From positions 352,001 to 416,000 of the forward strand of contig CAVYXJ010000007.1 in assembly GCA_963772455.1 (NCBI GenBank): DNA of 64,000 nt. Reading direction: 5' to 3'. The DNA is from Candidatus Bathyarchaeota archaeon. GTDB taxonomy: Archaea > Thermoproteota > Bathyarchaeia > Bathyarchaeales > Bathycorpusculaceae. The notes beneath the pieces are model-generated. The model was not told where the DNA came from, did no database searches, and worked only from the letters and a program-made list of their open reading frames with translations. Positions 31,228 through 40,453 of the stretch are shown here, one piece after another (within the stretch, counting starts at the first letter, position 1; each line of letters begins with the position of its first letter). The position numbers were made by a program, and so were the translations under genes.

Positions 31228-32526
31228 TCACCAAAAATCAGTCATGCTCTTCTGTTTAATAATAGGCTGAATCAGTTTAGGTTTAAGTCTAACTTTTGGG
31301 ATCGAATCAATTCCTAAAACCAGTTGACCATAAACTCCATCGTATCCAGGAGTGACTTTGGCTGAACCGTTTCTAACCTTGACTATAGCATGCGCAATCT
31401 GTTCACCAACTAATTCGATCAGTGCTTTTATAGGTGCATCTATTAGAACTGAATATTCATTGCCGAATTTTTCCGTTAGCAAATTGTAGTTTTTCCAAAC
31501 TGCTTGTGTCGAAGGCGAATCAGACCCAAGTACAGTCGCTATGATTTCAGAGAGCGGAAGCAAATGTAAAAAACTTGGAGCATTTTCACGCTTAAAATCT
31601 GCAGGTCTATCGGCAAGTTCCTCAACTCGTTGTTCTACACCCTTTGTGAGTGGTTTGTGACAGACTGGGCAGATGTTGCCGAATTTTTTAGCTTCAGTTG
31701 ATGAGAGGGATACTCTACAGTTGCGGTGTCCGGTCCAATGGTACTTGCCGTATGCAGGGTCAGTTTCAATGGTATACTTGAAATGTGAAGAATTATTTGC
31801 AATAATTGCTTCTGTGATTTCTTTGTAGGTAAATTTTTCGAGCTCGAAAACGTTGGCTTCTCTTCCTATACGCCAAGGCCAGAAGCTATGGCAATCACTA
31901 TTTGATACAAGAGCATATTTGTCAAGTTTGCTAAGTCGCCAGTTCATTGCTGGATCTGATGACATCCCAGTTTCCAAAGCATGAATGTGTTTTGTCATAT
32001 CTTGGTAGCAGTCTTCAACTGTATCAAAACCGTTGAATGCTCCAAAGATACTAAACCACGGTGTCCAAGCGTGAGCTGGAAAAATCATATTGTCATTTGA
32101 AACGGACATGACTTCTTCCACAAGTTGAGGTGCCGATACGTTAAGGATTGGTCTACCGTCGGAGCTTAAACTACCAAAGTTTTGGAGACGCTCGTTAATT
32201 TGTTCAGCAGTTTCCAAGGTTGGGGTTAATATTACGTGGTGAATTTTTTTTGATTCATTCTTGTAGTTGAAAATTGTGCAGACTTCGGTTGTTAATATAA
32301 AGCGAATGGGAGAGTCTGAGTTGGTTAGTTTATAGAGATTTGAATCCTGCTCTGGTGTTAAAGTATGGTTGATTTCTTTGAGCCATTCTGGATGGGTAAA
32401 ATCTCCCGTTCCAATTAGGTTGAGTCCCTTGATTTTTGCGAACTTTCCAATTTCAGGTATATTCATTTGTTCGCTTGTTGCTCGACTGAAACGGCTATGA
32501 ATGTGCAGGTCTGCTATAACTCTCAT
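31228..32526 (-). CDS. Endonuclease Q family (PHP domain plus Zn finger)
   Basis: ADLHIHSRFSRAT, GTGDFTHP, PAHAWTPW, SNSDCHS, GKYHWTGHRNC...CPVC, PGYDGVYG; likely start ATG 32526. Confidence 0.9.
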   Translation of the reverse strand: MRVIADLHIHSRFSRATSEQMNIPEIGKFAKIKGLNLIGTGDFTHPEWLKEINHTLTPEQDSNLYKLTNSDSPIRFILTTEVCTIFNYKNESKKIHHVILTPTLETAEQINERLQNFGSLSSDGRPILNVSAPQLVEEVMSVSNDNMIFPAHAWTPWFSIFGAFNGFDTVEDCYQDMTKHIHALETGMSSDPAMNWRLSKLDKYALVSNSDCHSFWPWRIGREANVFELEKFTYKEITEAIIANNSSHFKYTIETDPAYGKYHWTGHRNCRVSLSSTEAKKFGNICPVCHKPLTKGVEQRVEELADRPADFKRENAPSFLHLLPLSEIIATVLGSDSPSTQAVWKNYNLLTEKFGNEYSVLIDAPIKALIELVGEQIAHAIVKVRNGSAKVTPGYDGVYGQLVLGIDSIPKVRLKPKLIQPIIKQKSMTDFW

Positions 32527-32745
32527 GTTGATGCGCCAATTCCTACATTGCGCATAAGCCATTTTAAGGCTTTGTAATATCAATATAGATATTGGTGAAT
32601 GAGTTGTCGTGTTTGCCCGTTGATCTATTGGTTTCAATGTTCAGACACATCTACAAGTAGACGTGTTATTGAGTTATAGTCGCAATGTTTCTGCTTGTGG
32701 TTTGAGTGCAATATTCTTTTATTGTTGCGTTAAGCCTGTTATTCT

Positions 32746-33144
32746 ATGCATGAATGGGCTTTGGCTGAGGCAATCCTTGCATCAGCTAAACAAGTGGCTG
32801 AGCAGGAAAAATTGAAGGAAGTCACAGAAGTCACTATAAGAGTGGGTGAGCTCCAGCAGGTAGAGCCACCAATTTTGCGATTTGCTCTCTCCCAGATGAA
32901 AACTGACATTTTCAAGAACGCCAAATTCCACATCCTTAAGGCTAAAACCACTCTCAAATGCAGAGTCTGTAACACTTCATGGAAATTCAGTCTTAAAAAA
33001 CTCGATACAGCCACCGCCGAAGCCATCCATTTTGTCCCAGAAGTCGCGCATTCATTCATTAAGTGCCCTAAATGTGGCAGCCCCGACTTTGAAATTGTCA
33101 GTGGACGTGGAGTTTGGCTTCAAGATATTAAAGGAGCCAAATAA
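32746..33144 (+). CDS. hypA: Hydrogenase nickel-insertion protein HypA
   Basis: MHEWALA, CRVC, EAIHFVPE, CPKCGS. Confidence 0.93.
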   Translation: MHEWALAEAILASAKQVAEQEKLKEVTEVTIRVGELQQVEPPILRFALSQMKTDIFKNAKFHILKAKTTLKCRVCNTSWKFSLKKLDTATAEAIHFVPEVAHSFIKCPKCGSPDFEIVSGRGVWLQDIKGAK

Positions 33145-33884
33145 TGAGGGTTGACCCAAGGATAAGCGTGATTAACCAGCGTTTTGCTAAAATAGACAGA
33201 ATCATCGCCGTTTCAAGTGGTAAAGGCGGCGTTGGTAAAAGCATGGTCGCTACCACATTGGCACTCTCTCTCGCCAAGGATGGCTGCCGAGTCGGTCTCT
33301 TTGACTTGGATTTCACAGGTCCATCAACTCACATAATTCTAGGCGCTCCATCAAACTTGGCGCCAAAAGAAGATAAGGGAATTGTTCCACCCACTTTCGA
33401 AGGCTTAGAGTATATGTCGCTTGTCTACTATGTAGGCGATAACCCGGCGCCACTGCGTGGTGCAGAAGTTTCAAACGCACTAATCGAACTCCTCTTGATT
33501 ACGCAGTGGGGGACGCTTGATTTTTTGGTTATTGACATGCCACCGGGAATCGGCGATGCAGTTCTCGATTTGATACGATTGGTTGAAAGGATAGAATTTC
33601 TAATTGTCACTACGCCGTCGCTTTTGGCTTTTGAAGTAGTAAAAAAACAGGTTTTGTTATTATGTGAATTGAAGATGCCAATAGTCGGCGTGGTAGAAAA
33701 CATGAAAACGGACAAAGCAACTACTGTTGAAGAGGCCTCGTTGAAGTTGGGGCTAAAATACATCGGCTCAATCCCTTATGACCCAAATGTTGAAGAGGCA
33801 ATCGGCAGTCCAGAAAAACTTCTGGATACTGCGATTGGCAAATCAATGACTCTAATCAAGAAGTCAACAAATACCAAAAAGTGA
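33144..33884 (+). CDS. Mrp/MinD-family ATPase (probable ATPase-type HypB partner)
   Basis: SGKGGVGKS, DLDFTGPS, DMPPGIGD, VENM without the following CxxC; coupled to hypA. Confidence 0.85.
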   Translation: MRVDPRISVINQRFAKIDRIIAVSSGKGGVGKSMVATTLALSLAKDGCRVGLFDLDFTGPSTHIILGAPSNLAPKEDKGIVPPTFEGLEYMSLVYYVGDNPAPLRGAEVSNALIELLLITQWGTLDFLVIDMPPGIGDAVLDLIRLVERIEFLIVTTPSLLAFEVVKKQVLLLCELKMPIVGVVENMKTDKATTVEEASLKLGLKYIGSIPYDPNVEEAIGSPEKLLDTAIGKSMTLIKKSTNTKK

Positions 33885-33890
33885 ATCCCG

Positions 33891-34643
33891 ATGGTTTGTA
33901 GAGCTGTGGTCTTCGATTATATTGGCACTTTGGTCAACTGCAGAAATTACTCTATGGACGCTTCAAAACTAAACCTCTATAATGCATTGGTATCTCAAGG
34001 ATTTAGAGTTACTGAAAACGAATTTATGGCTGCTTATGATGTAGCTCATGAGAAGTACCGAAAAATACGATACGAACAGCTGAAAGAAATAACAAATGCC
34101 ATATGGGTGGCAGAAGCATTATGCAATCTTGGTTTTGAAGTTACCGCGGATGATCAACGAATCAAAGTAGCACTCAACGACTTCTTCCAAGACTTCATTG
34201 ACACGCTCGAATTGAGAGAGGGAGCAAAGAAGCTAATTAAACAAACCCAACAGCGAGGAAAAGTAGCATTAATTTCAAATTTTACCTTTTCACCAGTCAT
34301 CTACAAGAGTCTGAGAAAACTAAGAATAAACCAATTCTTCGACGCCGTTATAGTTTCAGAGGAAGTTGACTGCAGAAAACCCAGTCCCAGAATTTTCCAA
34401 GATGCCCTAAACAGGCTTCAGGTTAAAGCATGCGAAACCGTTTACATTGGCGACAGCCCCATTGAAGACATCAAAGGAGCCAAACAAGCAGGACTAAAAA
34501 CTGTATTTGTTCCCTCACAATTCAATAGCCTAAAAGAACTAAAAGAAAGCAAGCAAAAACCAGACTATATTGCAAACGATCTGGAGTTACTTTCTCAAAT
34601 CCTTGATAACATATTCTCCATAAACGAAGACACCAAGGTTTAA
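33891..34643 (+). CDS. HAD-superfamily hydrolase
   Basis: FDYIGTL, ISN, RKP, IGDSPIEDIKGA. Confidence 0.9.
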   Translation: MVCRAVVFDYIGTLVNCRNYSMDASKLNLYNALVSQGFRVTENEFMAAYDVAHEKYRKIRYEQLKEITNAIWVAEALCNLGFEVTADDQRIKVALNDFFQDFIDTLELREGAKKLIKQTQQRGKVALISNFTFSPVIYKSLRKLRINQFFDAVIVSEEVDCRKPSPRIFQDALNRLQVKACETVYIGDSPIEDIKGAKQAGLKTVFVPSQFNSLKELKESKQKPDYIANDLELLSQILDNIFSINEDTKV

Positions 34644-34762
34644 TGTCAAAATCAATGGTGTTCTGTCCAAACTGAGTTAAACAACTAAAACTAATAATTA
34701 ATTAACCCAATACGCAGTTTTAGCTTTTGAAAACTCAATTTTTTATAAAAAAAAAGAAGAAT

Positions 34763-35995
34763 TTAGATTTTCTTAGTTTCAACTGACGTTTCCAAAGCTA
34801 CGACACCCGGAAGCTTCTTGCCCATCAAAAACTCAATAAGTGCTCCACCCGCAGTACTTATGTACCCGATTTTCTTGGTTAAGCCATATTCCTGGATAGC
34901 TGATATTGTGTTTCCGCCTCCTGCGAGTGAGAAGGCTTTGCTATCTGCGATTGCTTCAAAGATTTTTTTAGTTCCGAAATTAAATTCTTTGTTTTCATAA
35001 ACGCCCATTGGTCCGCTAACGACTATCGATTTTGCAGTTGAAATAATTTGAGAATATACTTCAACTGTTTTGGCGCCGATGTCCATGACGGAGTTTTCGG
35101 TTGGCAGTTTACTTATTGGGATTTCTTTGCGTTTACCGTTGATGTCTAGTGCAAGGTCAATTGGAACCATCACTTTGTCACCAAACTGCTCCTCCAGTGC
35201 CTTGATGCCTGGAATCAAGCCTGTTAGTTCCTTTTTTGCCAGATACCCCATGTTTCCTTTTCCAAGGTCAACTCCTTTGGCAGCAAGGAACAATTGCCCC
35301 GTCACACCCCCAGTCAACACGTAGTCTGCTCTACCTTGGCTTAAAACGTACTTGCTGATTTCTAGGCTGTCGTCAGCTTTCGCTCCACCCATAACGTAAA
35401 CTGAAGGTTTATCAGGCTTCTCCAAGGCTTTGCTTAGGGATTTGAGTTCACGTTCCATAATACGCCCAGCTGCAGACGGTAACACTGCGGTGAAACCAAC
35501 CATACTAACATGTCCTCGGTGAGCAGCGGCAAAAGCGTCATTAACGAAAATGTCTGCGAGTGGTGCAAGGTTCTGCACTAACTCAGTTTTACTTGCGTCT
35601 TGGGGGCTCATGCTTTTTGTTTCTTTGTCCCAGCTACGAACATTCTCCAAAACAAGGATTTCCCCACCCTTAAGTTCTTTAATAGCGGCTTTTGCTTTTT
35701 CGCCGAAAACGTCATCGACGTATTTTACTGGGCACTTAAGGATTTTCGCCAGGATTTCAGTGTGTTGTTTTAGAGGTGTGTAGTCAGGGTCTCCTTTTCT
35801 GCCTTGGTGGGCAATGACAACTGTTTTGGCGCCTTTTTCAGCCAAATCTTTCAGGGTTGATTCCGCATGGGCTCGAATTCGCACATCGCTGTTCACCCTC
35901 ATTGTGGCTGGATCGATTTCTGAGTTAAAGTCAACTCTCACTAAAACAACTTTATCTTTAACGTTAAAATCGTCTAATGTCCTGTAATTTGCCAT
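34763..35995 (-). CDS. pgk: Phosphoglycerate kinase
   Basis: VLVRVDFNS, AHQGR, LENVR, NDAFAAAHR, GGAKADD, STAGGA; start ATG 35995. Confidence 0.96.
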   Translation of the reverse strand: MANYRTLDDFNVKDKVVLVRVDFNSEIDPATMRVNSDVRIRAHAESTLKDLAEKGAKTVVIAHQGRKGDPDYTPLKQHTEILAKILKCPVKYVDDVFGEKAKAAIKELKGGEILVLENVRSWDKETKSMSPQDASKTELVQNLAPLADIFVNDAFAAAHRGHVSMVGFTAVLPSAAGRIMERELKSLSKALEKPDKPSVYVMGGAKADDSLEISKYVLSQGRADYVLTGGVTGQLFLAAKGVDLGKGNMGYLAKKELTGLIPGIKALEEQFGDKVMVPIDLALDINGKRKEIPISKLPTENSVMDIGAKTVEVYSQIISTAKSIVVSGPMGVYENKEFNFGTKKIFEAIADSKAFSLAGGGNTISAIQEYGLTKKIGYISTAGGALIEFLMGKKLPGVVALETSVETKKI

Positions 35996-36062
35996 TTTAA
36001 TTTCACTTCTCAATATTAAAAAAGAAAAAGAAAGGATGGATTTAAGTTTGTTTATGCTTTGT

Positions 36063-37085
36063 TTAGATGTTAGCTTTTTTGCCGACCATTTCAATGAAGT
36101 CGACCATGCGGTTACTAAAGCCCCATTCGTTGTCATACCATGCGAAGACTTTCACGAAGTTGCTTTTCTCACCCATAACCATAGTTAAGTCTGCATCGAA
36201 AACGCTGCTGTATGCACTGTGAAGTACGTCTGTACTGACAATTGGATCTTCAGTGTATTGCAATATGCCCTTGAGTTCGCCTTCAGCTGCTGTCTTCATT
36301 GCTAAGTTAATGTCTTGTTTTGTAACTTCTTTGCTTAATATTGCAACTAAGTCAACGATGGATACGTCTGGAGTTGGAACACGCAATGAATAACCATTCA
36401 TTTTTCCAGCACAACTTGGCAGAACTAAACCTATGGCTTTTGCTGCACCTGTGCTAGTTGGGATAATGTTGATTGCTGCTGCCCTTGCGCGTCTTGGGTC
36501 TTTATGCACTATATCTTGGATCTTCTGGTCGTTTGTGTAGCTGTGACAGGTTGTCATGAAAGCTTTTTCTAAACCAAAGTTTTCTGCTAAAACTTTGCTC
36601 ACCGGTGCGAGGCAGTTAGTTGTACAAGAAGCGTTGCTAAGGATGTTGTGGTTTACTGGGTCGTAAGTTTTGTCATTAACACCTAAAACAAACGTTGCAT
36701 CGGGGTTTTCTGCTGGAGCTGAAATTAAAACTTTTTTTGCTCCGGCAGTAAGATGTTTGGTTGCACCCTCGCGGCTAGTGAACAAGCCTGTGGATTCAAC
36801 TGCTAAGTAGACTCCTAAGTCTTTCCAGGGCAATTGTAAGGGGTCTCTCACGCTTAGGCATTTGAGTTCTTTTCCATTGACAACCATATCGTTGCCTTTT
36901 ACTTCAACAGTGCCTGGAAAACGTCCGTGAACTGAATCGTACTTAAGTAAATGGGCGTTAGTTTTTGCGTCTGCCAAATCGTTGATGGCTACAAAATCTA
37001 TGTTTGCATTCTTTTCGATTGCTGCTCTGAAGAGCAGTCTTCCAATTCTTCCAAAACCATTGATTCCAACTTTAATGTTTGCCAT
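36063..37085 (-). CDS. gap: Glyceraldehyde-3-phosphate dehydrogenase, class I (bacterial/eukaryotic type)
   Basis: [49 protein letters not shown]. Confidence 0.97.
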   Translation of the reverse strand: MANIKVGINGFGRIGRLLFRAAIEKNANIDFVAINDLADAKTNAHLLKYDSVHGRFPGTVEVKGNDMVVNGKELKCLSVRDPLQLPWKDLGVYLAVESTGLFTSREGATKHLTAGAKKVLISAPAENPDATFVLGVNDKTYDPVNHNILSNASCTTNCLAPVSKVLAENFGLEKAFMTTCHSYTNDQKIQDIVHKDPRRARAAAINIIPTSTGAAKAIGLVLPSCAGKMNGYSLRVPTPDVSIVDLVAILSKEVTKQDINLAMKTAAEGELKGILQYTEDPIVSTDVLHSAYSSVFDADLTMVMGEKSNFVKVFAWYDNEWGFSNRMVDFIEMVGKKANI

Positions 37086-37298
37086 TAAAATCACCTATGT
37101 ATGTGGGTTTGTACAATCAACTTTGACTTTATTAATTTTCCGACCAAAAACCCACGCCTACGAGCTAAAACTTTGAAGCTTAGAAAAGACCAAACCCCTT
37201 GTTTACATAAAAATTAACGCAATATTTGAATTTTTATTCTCTTGTAAATCTCTTTGAAGATACAAAAAATAAACTCTGACAATTTAAGATAAAAATGA

Positions 37299-37700
37299 TT
37301 AGTAGAGACCGCCTTCTTTGAAGTAATGGTATTCTTCTTTTTTAGTTCCAAAACTTCTCAATCCATCACGTTTGAGTTGACATCGCAATTGTTCAGCGTT
37401 TTCAATAGTTATTTCACCTTTCTTCTGCAAGTAAGCAATAATCTCTTCGGCTTGCAGTTCTGTGTCGCATCGTCGAATGAAGTCTGCTGCGGAAGGGTTA
37501 AAATGACGCAATTTATCGGGTGTTTCGGAACATGAAGTAAACTGTTCGTCCGTGCAAACGCATTCTTCGCCTAAAGCCGTCACTTCAGCTTCTAACGGGT
37601 TTTTCCGCACAGCGTTAATTGGAACTTTAACTTCTCCATTTTCAAGTTCCTCATAGAGATGTGGAAAAATTTTTTTAATTGATTTCTTATCGATTGCCAT
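37299..37700 (-). CDS. DUF2095-like protein
   Basis: FPHLYEEL, DFIRRCDT..QAEEIIAYL, GLRSFG..KE pattern. Confidence 0.75.
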   Translation of the reverse strand: MAIDKKSIKKIFPHLYEELENGEVKVPINAVRKNPLEAEVTALGEECVCTDEQFTSCSETPDKLRHFNPSAADFIRRCDTELQAEEIIAYLQKKGEITIENAEQLRCQLKRDGLRSFGTKKEEYHYFKEGGLY

Positions 37701-37779
37701 GTTTCATCCGTTGTACAAAAATTATATTTGATATGCTCATTTATTTTCTTTTTTGCTGAAAAGATTTTTTACAACAATA

Positions 37780-38394
37780 CTATGAAGGAATGAACTGTTG
37801 AGTTGGGTTGGTTTCGAGTACTTTTCCAAGTTCCTTTAAGTTTAAACCTTTTAATTCGTCGCCAAAGGTTTCGCATTTGCGTTTTTTACCTACTTCTTCG
37901 CGGCTTCTTGCCACGATTTCAAGCCCATGCTTAGTTTGGGTTTCAGCATAGATATGGAAGGACTCCAAGGTTGTCCCCCGCTTATTCACAGTTGTCCAAC
38001 CTGTTTTCAAAATCTTAACTTCTGCCACCTTAAGTGCATTAACTATTTTTTCTGGATCATCGGCGTAGACAGCGATGTCTATGTCGCTTCCTTTTTTAAT
38101 TGTTCCTCTCCAAACGCTCCCGATCAAAACAGGACAAAAACCACCCAAAAGCTGCATTAAAGTTAATGCTTCTTTACGCATTTGGATTAACCGATCTTTC
38201 CTTTTTGGACCCTCGTTTTCTTCTGCGATCTTGTCTAGTTCTAATGCTATTTCAAGGTTAGATGGTAAAAAATGAGCGCCGAAGGTTTGAGCTGCTTTGT
38301 CTTTTGCTTGCTTGTATTCTTTTTCGGATCCAAAATAGAGAAGGGTCGCGGCTTCCCTTGCGACACGTTGCTTAAGATCAAAGTCGTCGGGCAA
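37780..38394 (-). CDS. Pol-beta-family nucleotidyltransferase domain protein
   Basis: VAREAATLLY...EYKQAK N-domain; GSVWRG...SDIDI. Confidence 0.85.
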   Translation of the reverse strand: MPDDFDLKQRVAREAATLLYFGSEKEYKQAKDKAAQTFGAHFLPSNLEIALELDKIAEENEGPKRKDRLIQMRKEALTLMQLLGGFCPVLIGSVWRGTIKKGSDIDIAVYADDPEKIVNALKVAEVKILKTGWTTVNKRGTTLESFHIYAETQTKHGLEIVARSREEVGKKRKCETFGDELKGLNLKELGKVLETNPTQQFIPS

Positions 38395-38399
38395 TACTT

Positions 38400-39650
38400 T
38401 TACCGTTTAACGATTGATTCGTAGAGCTCCATGGTTTTCTGGGCAATTTTGCTCCAGGTGAACTCGGCTAAGACGCGTTTTCTGCCGTTCTTGCCCAGCA
38501 TTAGTCGTTTTTCAGGGTTCTCTAGTGCGCTTATTACTCCCCATGCTATGTCTGAGGGATTGTGTGGGTCTATATGGTAGCCACATTGTTCTTCGCCGCA
38601 GCAAATTACTATTTCGCGCATCCCGCTAACTCCTGCAGCGCCAACCACAACTGGTTTTTCCATTGCCATGGCTTCGAGCGCAACTATGCCAAAGGGTTCG
38701 TAAAAGCTTGGGAAAACCGCGATGTCACATGCAGCATAATGTAAGATGCGTTCTTCTTCGGGTATGAAGTCAAAGCAGAATTTTACGTATTCGTCTAATC
38801 GTATGGTTTTAGTTAGGTTTGATAAGTATTCTTGGAGGTCGCCGACGCCTACAACAACTAGTCTTGCTTTAGGAATTTTGGTGAGTATGTGGGGCATTGC
38901 CATGATCAACTTGTCGACTCCTTTAACAGGGACAAGACGTCCGAGGAAAAGAATCATAAACTCGTCATCTTTTATGCCGTATTTCTCACGGATTCTTTGA
39001 ATATCCTGTTTAGCAATGTTTTCAGGATTGTATTTTTGTGGGTCAACCCCGTTGTAGCTGACTTTAATCTTGTCTTTTGGAAAACCAAGCTGTATAAGCT
39101 CATCTTTCATGGCATAGGATACTGTAACAACTAGATCAGCCATGTTGCCAGCACGCAACTCTATGTTGCTAACAACGCTCGAACCGTTACCTAGAGTTCG
39201 TCCTTTCTCGGTAGAATGGACATGGAAAGCCAAAGGCATCCCAGTTTCCCGCTTAACTGTGATTCCGCCCATAGCGGAGAGCCAATCGTGAGCGACAACT
39301 ATGTCGTATTTCATACCTTCTTTCTTAATCAACTCATTGATGAGTTTAGCAGCAGACAAATAATTGTAAACCATTAGCTTGCCAAAAAGGTGTATTCCTC
39401 TACCCCATTTCTTGATGTCATCTGCAATCACATCTGGTAACGAATCAGAAATATCAATGTGCAAAGGTCGATGAATTTCTATGCCGCGCCAAATCTCTCT
39501 TGTTGGCAACGAACCAGTATCGTCATTCATCGTGAAAACCGTTACATCATGGTCGTTTAAGACAAACTTACGCGTAATCTCGGCGGCATAGGTGCCAAGT
39601 CCACCGACGATCTTAGGTGGGTACTCATATACAAAAACAGCGATCTTCAT
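38400..39650 (-). CDS. GT4 glycosyltransferase (glycogen synthase-like)
   Basis: YEYPPKIVGGLG, AHDW, HVHSTE, FLGRLVPVKG, PSFYEPFGIVALEAMA. Confidence 0.92.
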   Translation of the reverse strand: MKIAVFVYEYPPKIVGGLGTYAAEITRKFVLNDHDVTVFTMNDDTGSLPTREIWRGIEIHRPLHIDISDSLPDVIADDIKKWGRGIHLFGKLMVYNYLSAAKLINELIKKEGMKYDIVVAHDWLSAMGGITVKRETGMPLAFHVHSTEKGRTLGNGSSVVSNIELRAGNMADLVVTVSYAMKDELIQLGFPKDKIKVSYNGVDPQKYNPENIAKQDIQRIREKYGIKDDEFMILFLGRLVPVKGVDKLIMAMPHILTKIPKARLVVVGVGDLQEYLSNLTKTIRLDEYVKFCFDFIPEEERILHYAACDIAVFPSFYEPFGIVALEAMAMEKPVVVGAAGVSGMREIVICCGEEQCGYHIDPHNPSDIAWGVISALENPEKRLMLGKNGRKRVLAEFTWSKIAQKTMELYESIVKR

Positions 39651-39811
39651 TTCTTATCAGTCACCAATTATCATTTAGCATTATGAATCTTTGTACTAAA
39701 GCTTTCCTAATCTGCACCAACACATAGAACTCAAAAAATAACGCTGATTAGAAAGTTTAAAGCAAAGTTTGATTAGACCGTTTAACATAGGATTACAGAC
39801 GGTGCGCGTAA

Positions 39812-40396
39812 ATGAGTTTGTCGCCTATTAAACAAGAAATACTGGAAACCATGCTCCTAAATGAGAAACCACTCAAAGCAACGGAAATTGCTAAGGAAGC
39901 AAAAAAAGAGTACCAACCCGTTAACATGCACCTCTTAGGACTCATCAAAATGGGGTTTGTTAGTTTACCTGAGAAGGGACTATATGCCATTACAGAAAAA
40001 GGAAAAAAAGCTATAGGCATAACTGAAACAACTAAAGATAAAGCGGCTGCAATATTATCCTATGCTCCCCACGATAAAGCATTCAACTTTTACGTCACAG
40101 TGGGAAAACCCCTAAGCCTCCACGCACACAACCTAAGAGACTTCCCAAATAAACTGGACAAAGCAGATGTAACGTCAATAGAGTTCCATATGCAACGCGG
40201 CGATTTTGAAGCTTGGTTCAAGGGACTGGGCGATGAGGAATTAGTTAAAAAGACAACGTTGCTGAAAAAGAAAAATTATGTTGGAGAAGACCTGCGCAAG
40301 CAGCTACACAATATAGTTGAGTTGCGTTATCTTGAATTGACAAAGCTTTCGGGTCAACCTATCCCAGCAGAAGAACAAGAACATACCCATACTTAA
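39812..40396 (+). CDS. Winged-helix plus DUF5752-like domain protein
   Basis: N-terminal wHTH (LKATEIAK...HLLGLIKMG...YAITEKG); C-terminal AFNFY...SIEFHMQRGDFEAW homologous to the GH57 tail. Confidence 0.8.
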   Translation: MSLSPIKQEILETMLLNEKPLKATEIAKEAKKEYQPVNMHLLGLIKMGFVSLPEKGLYAITEKGKKAIGITETTKDKAAAILSYAPHDKAFNFYVTVGKPLSLHAHNLRDFPNKLDKADVTSIEFHMQRGDFEAWFKGLGDEELVKKTTLLKKKNYVGEDLRKQLHNIVELRYLELTKLSGQPIPAEEQEHTHT

Positions 40397-40453
40397 TATT
40401 CTATTTTTATTTTTTAAAAATCTATAAAAAAGAAAATCTTGCCCAAAAACAGG

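Noticed and set aside
37780-38394. Nucleotidyltransferase as an MNT-HEPN toxin-antitoxin
   Set aside because: No adjacent HEPN gene; the protein is longer than a minimal NT and sits in a housekeeping operon.
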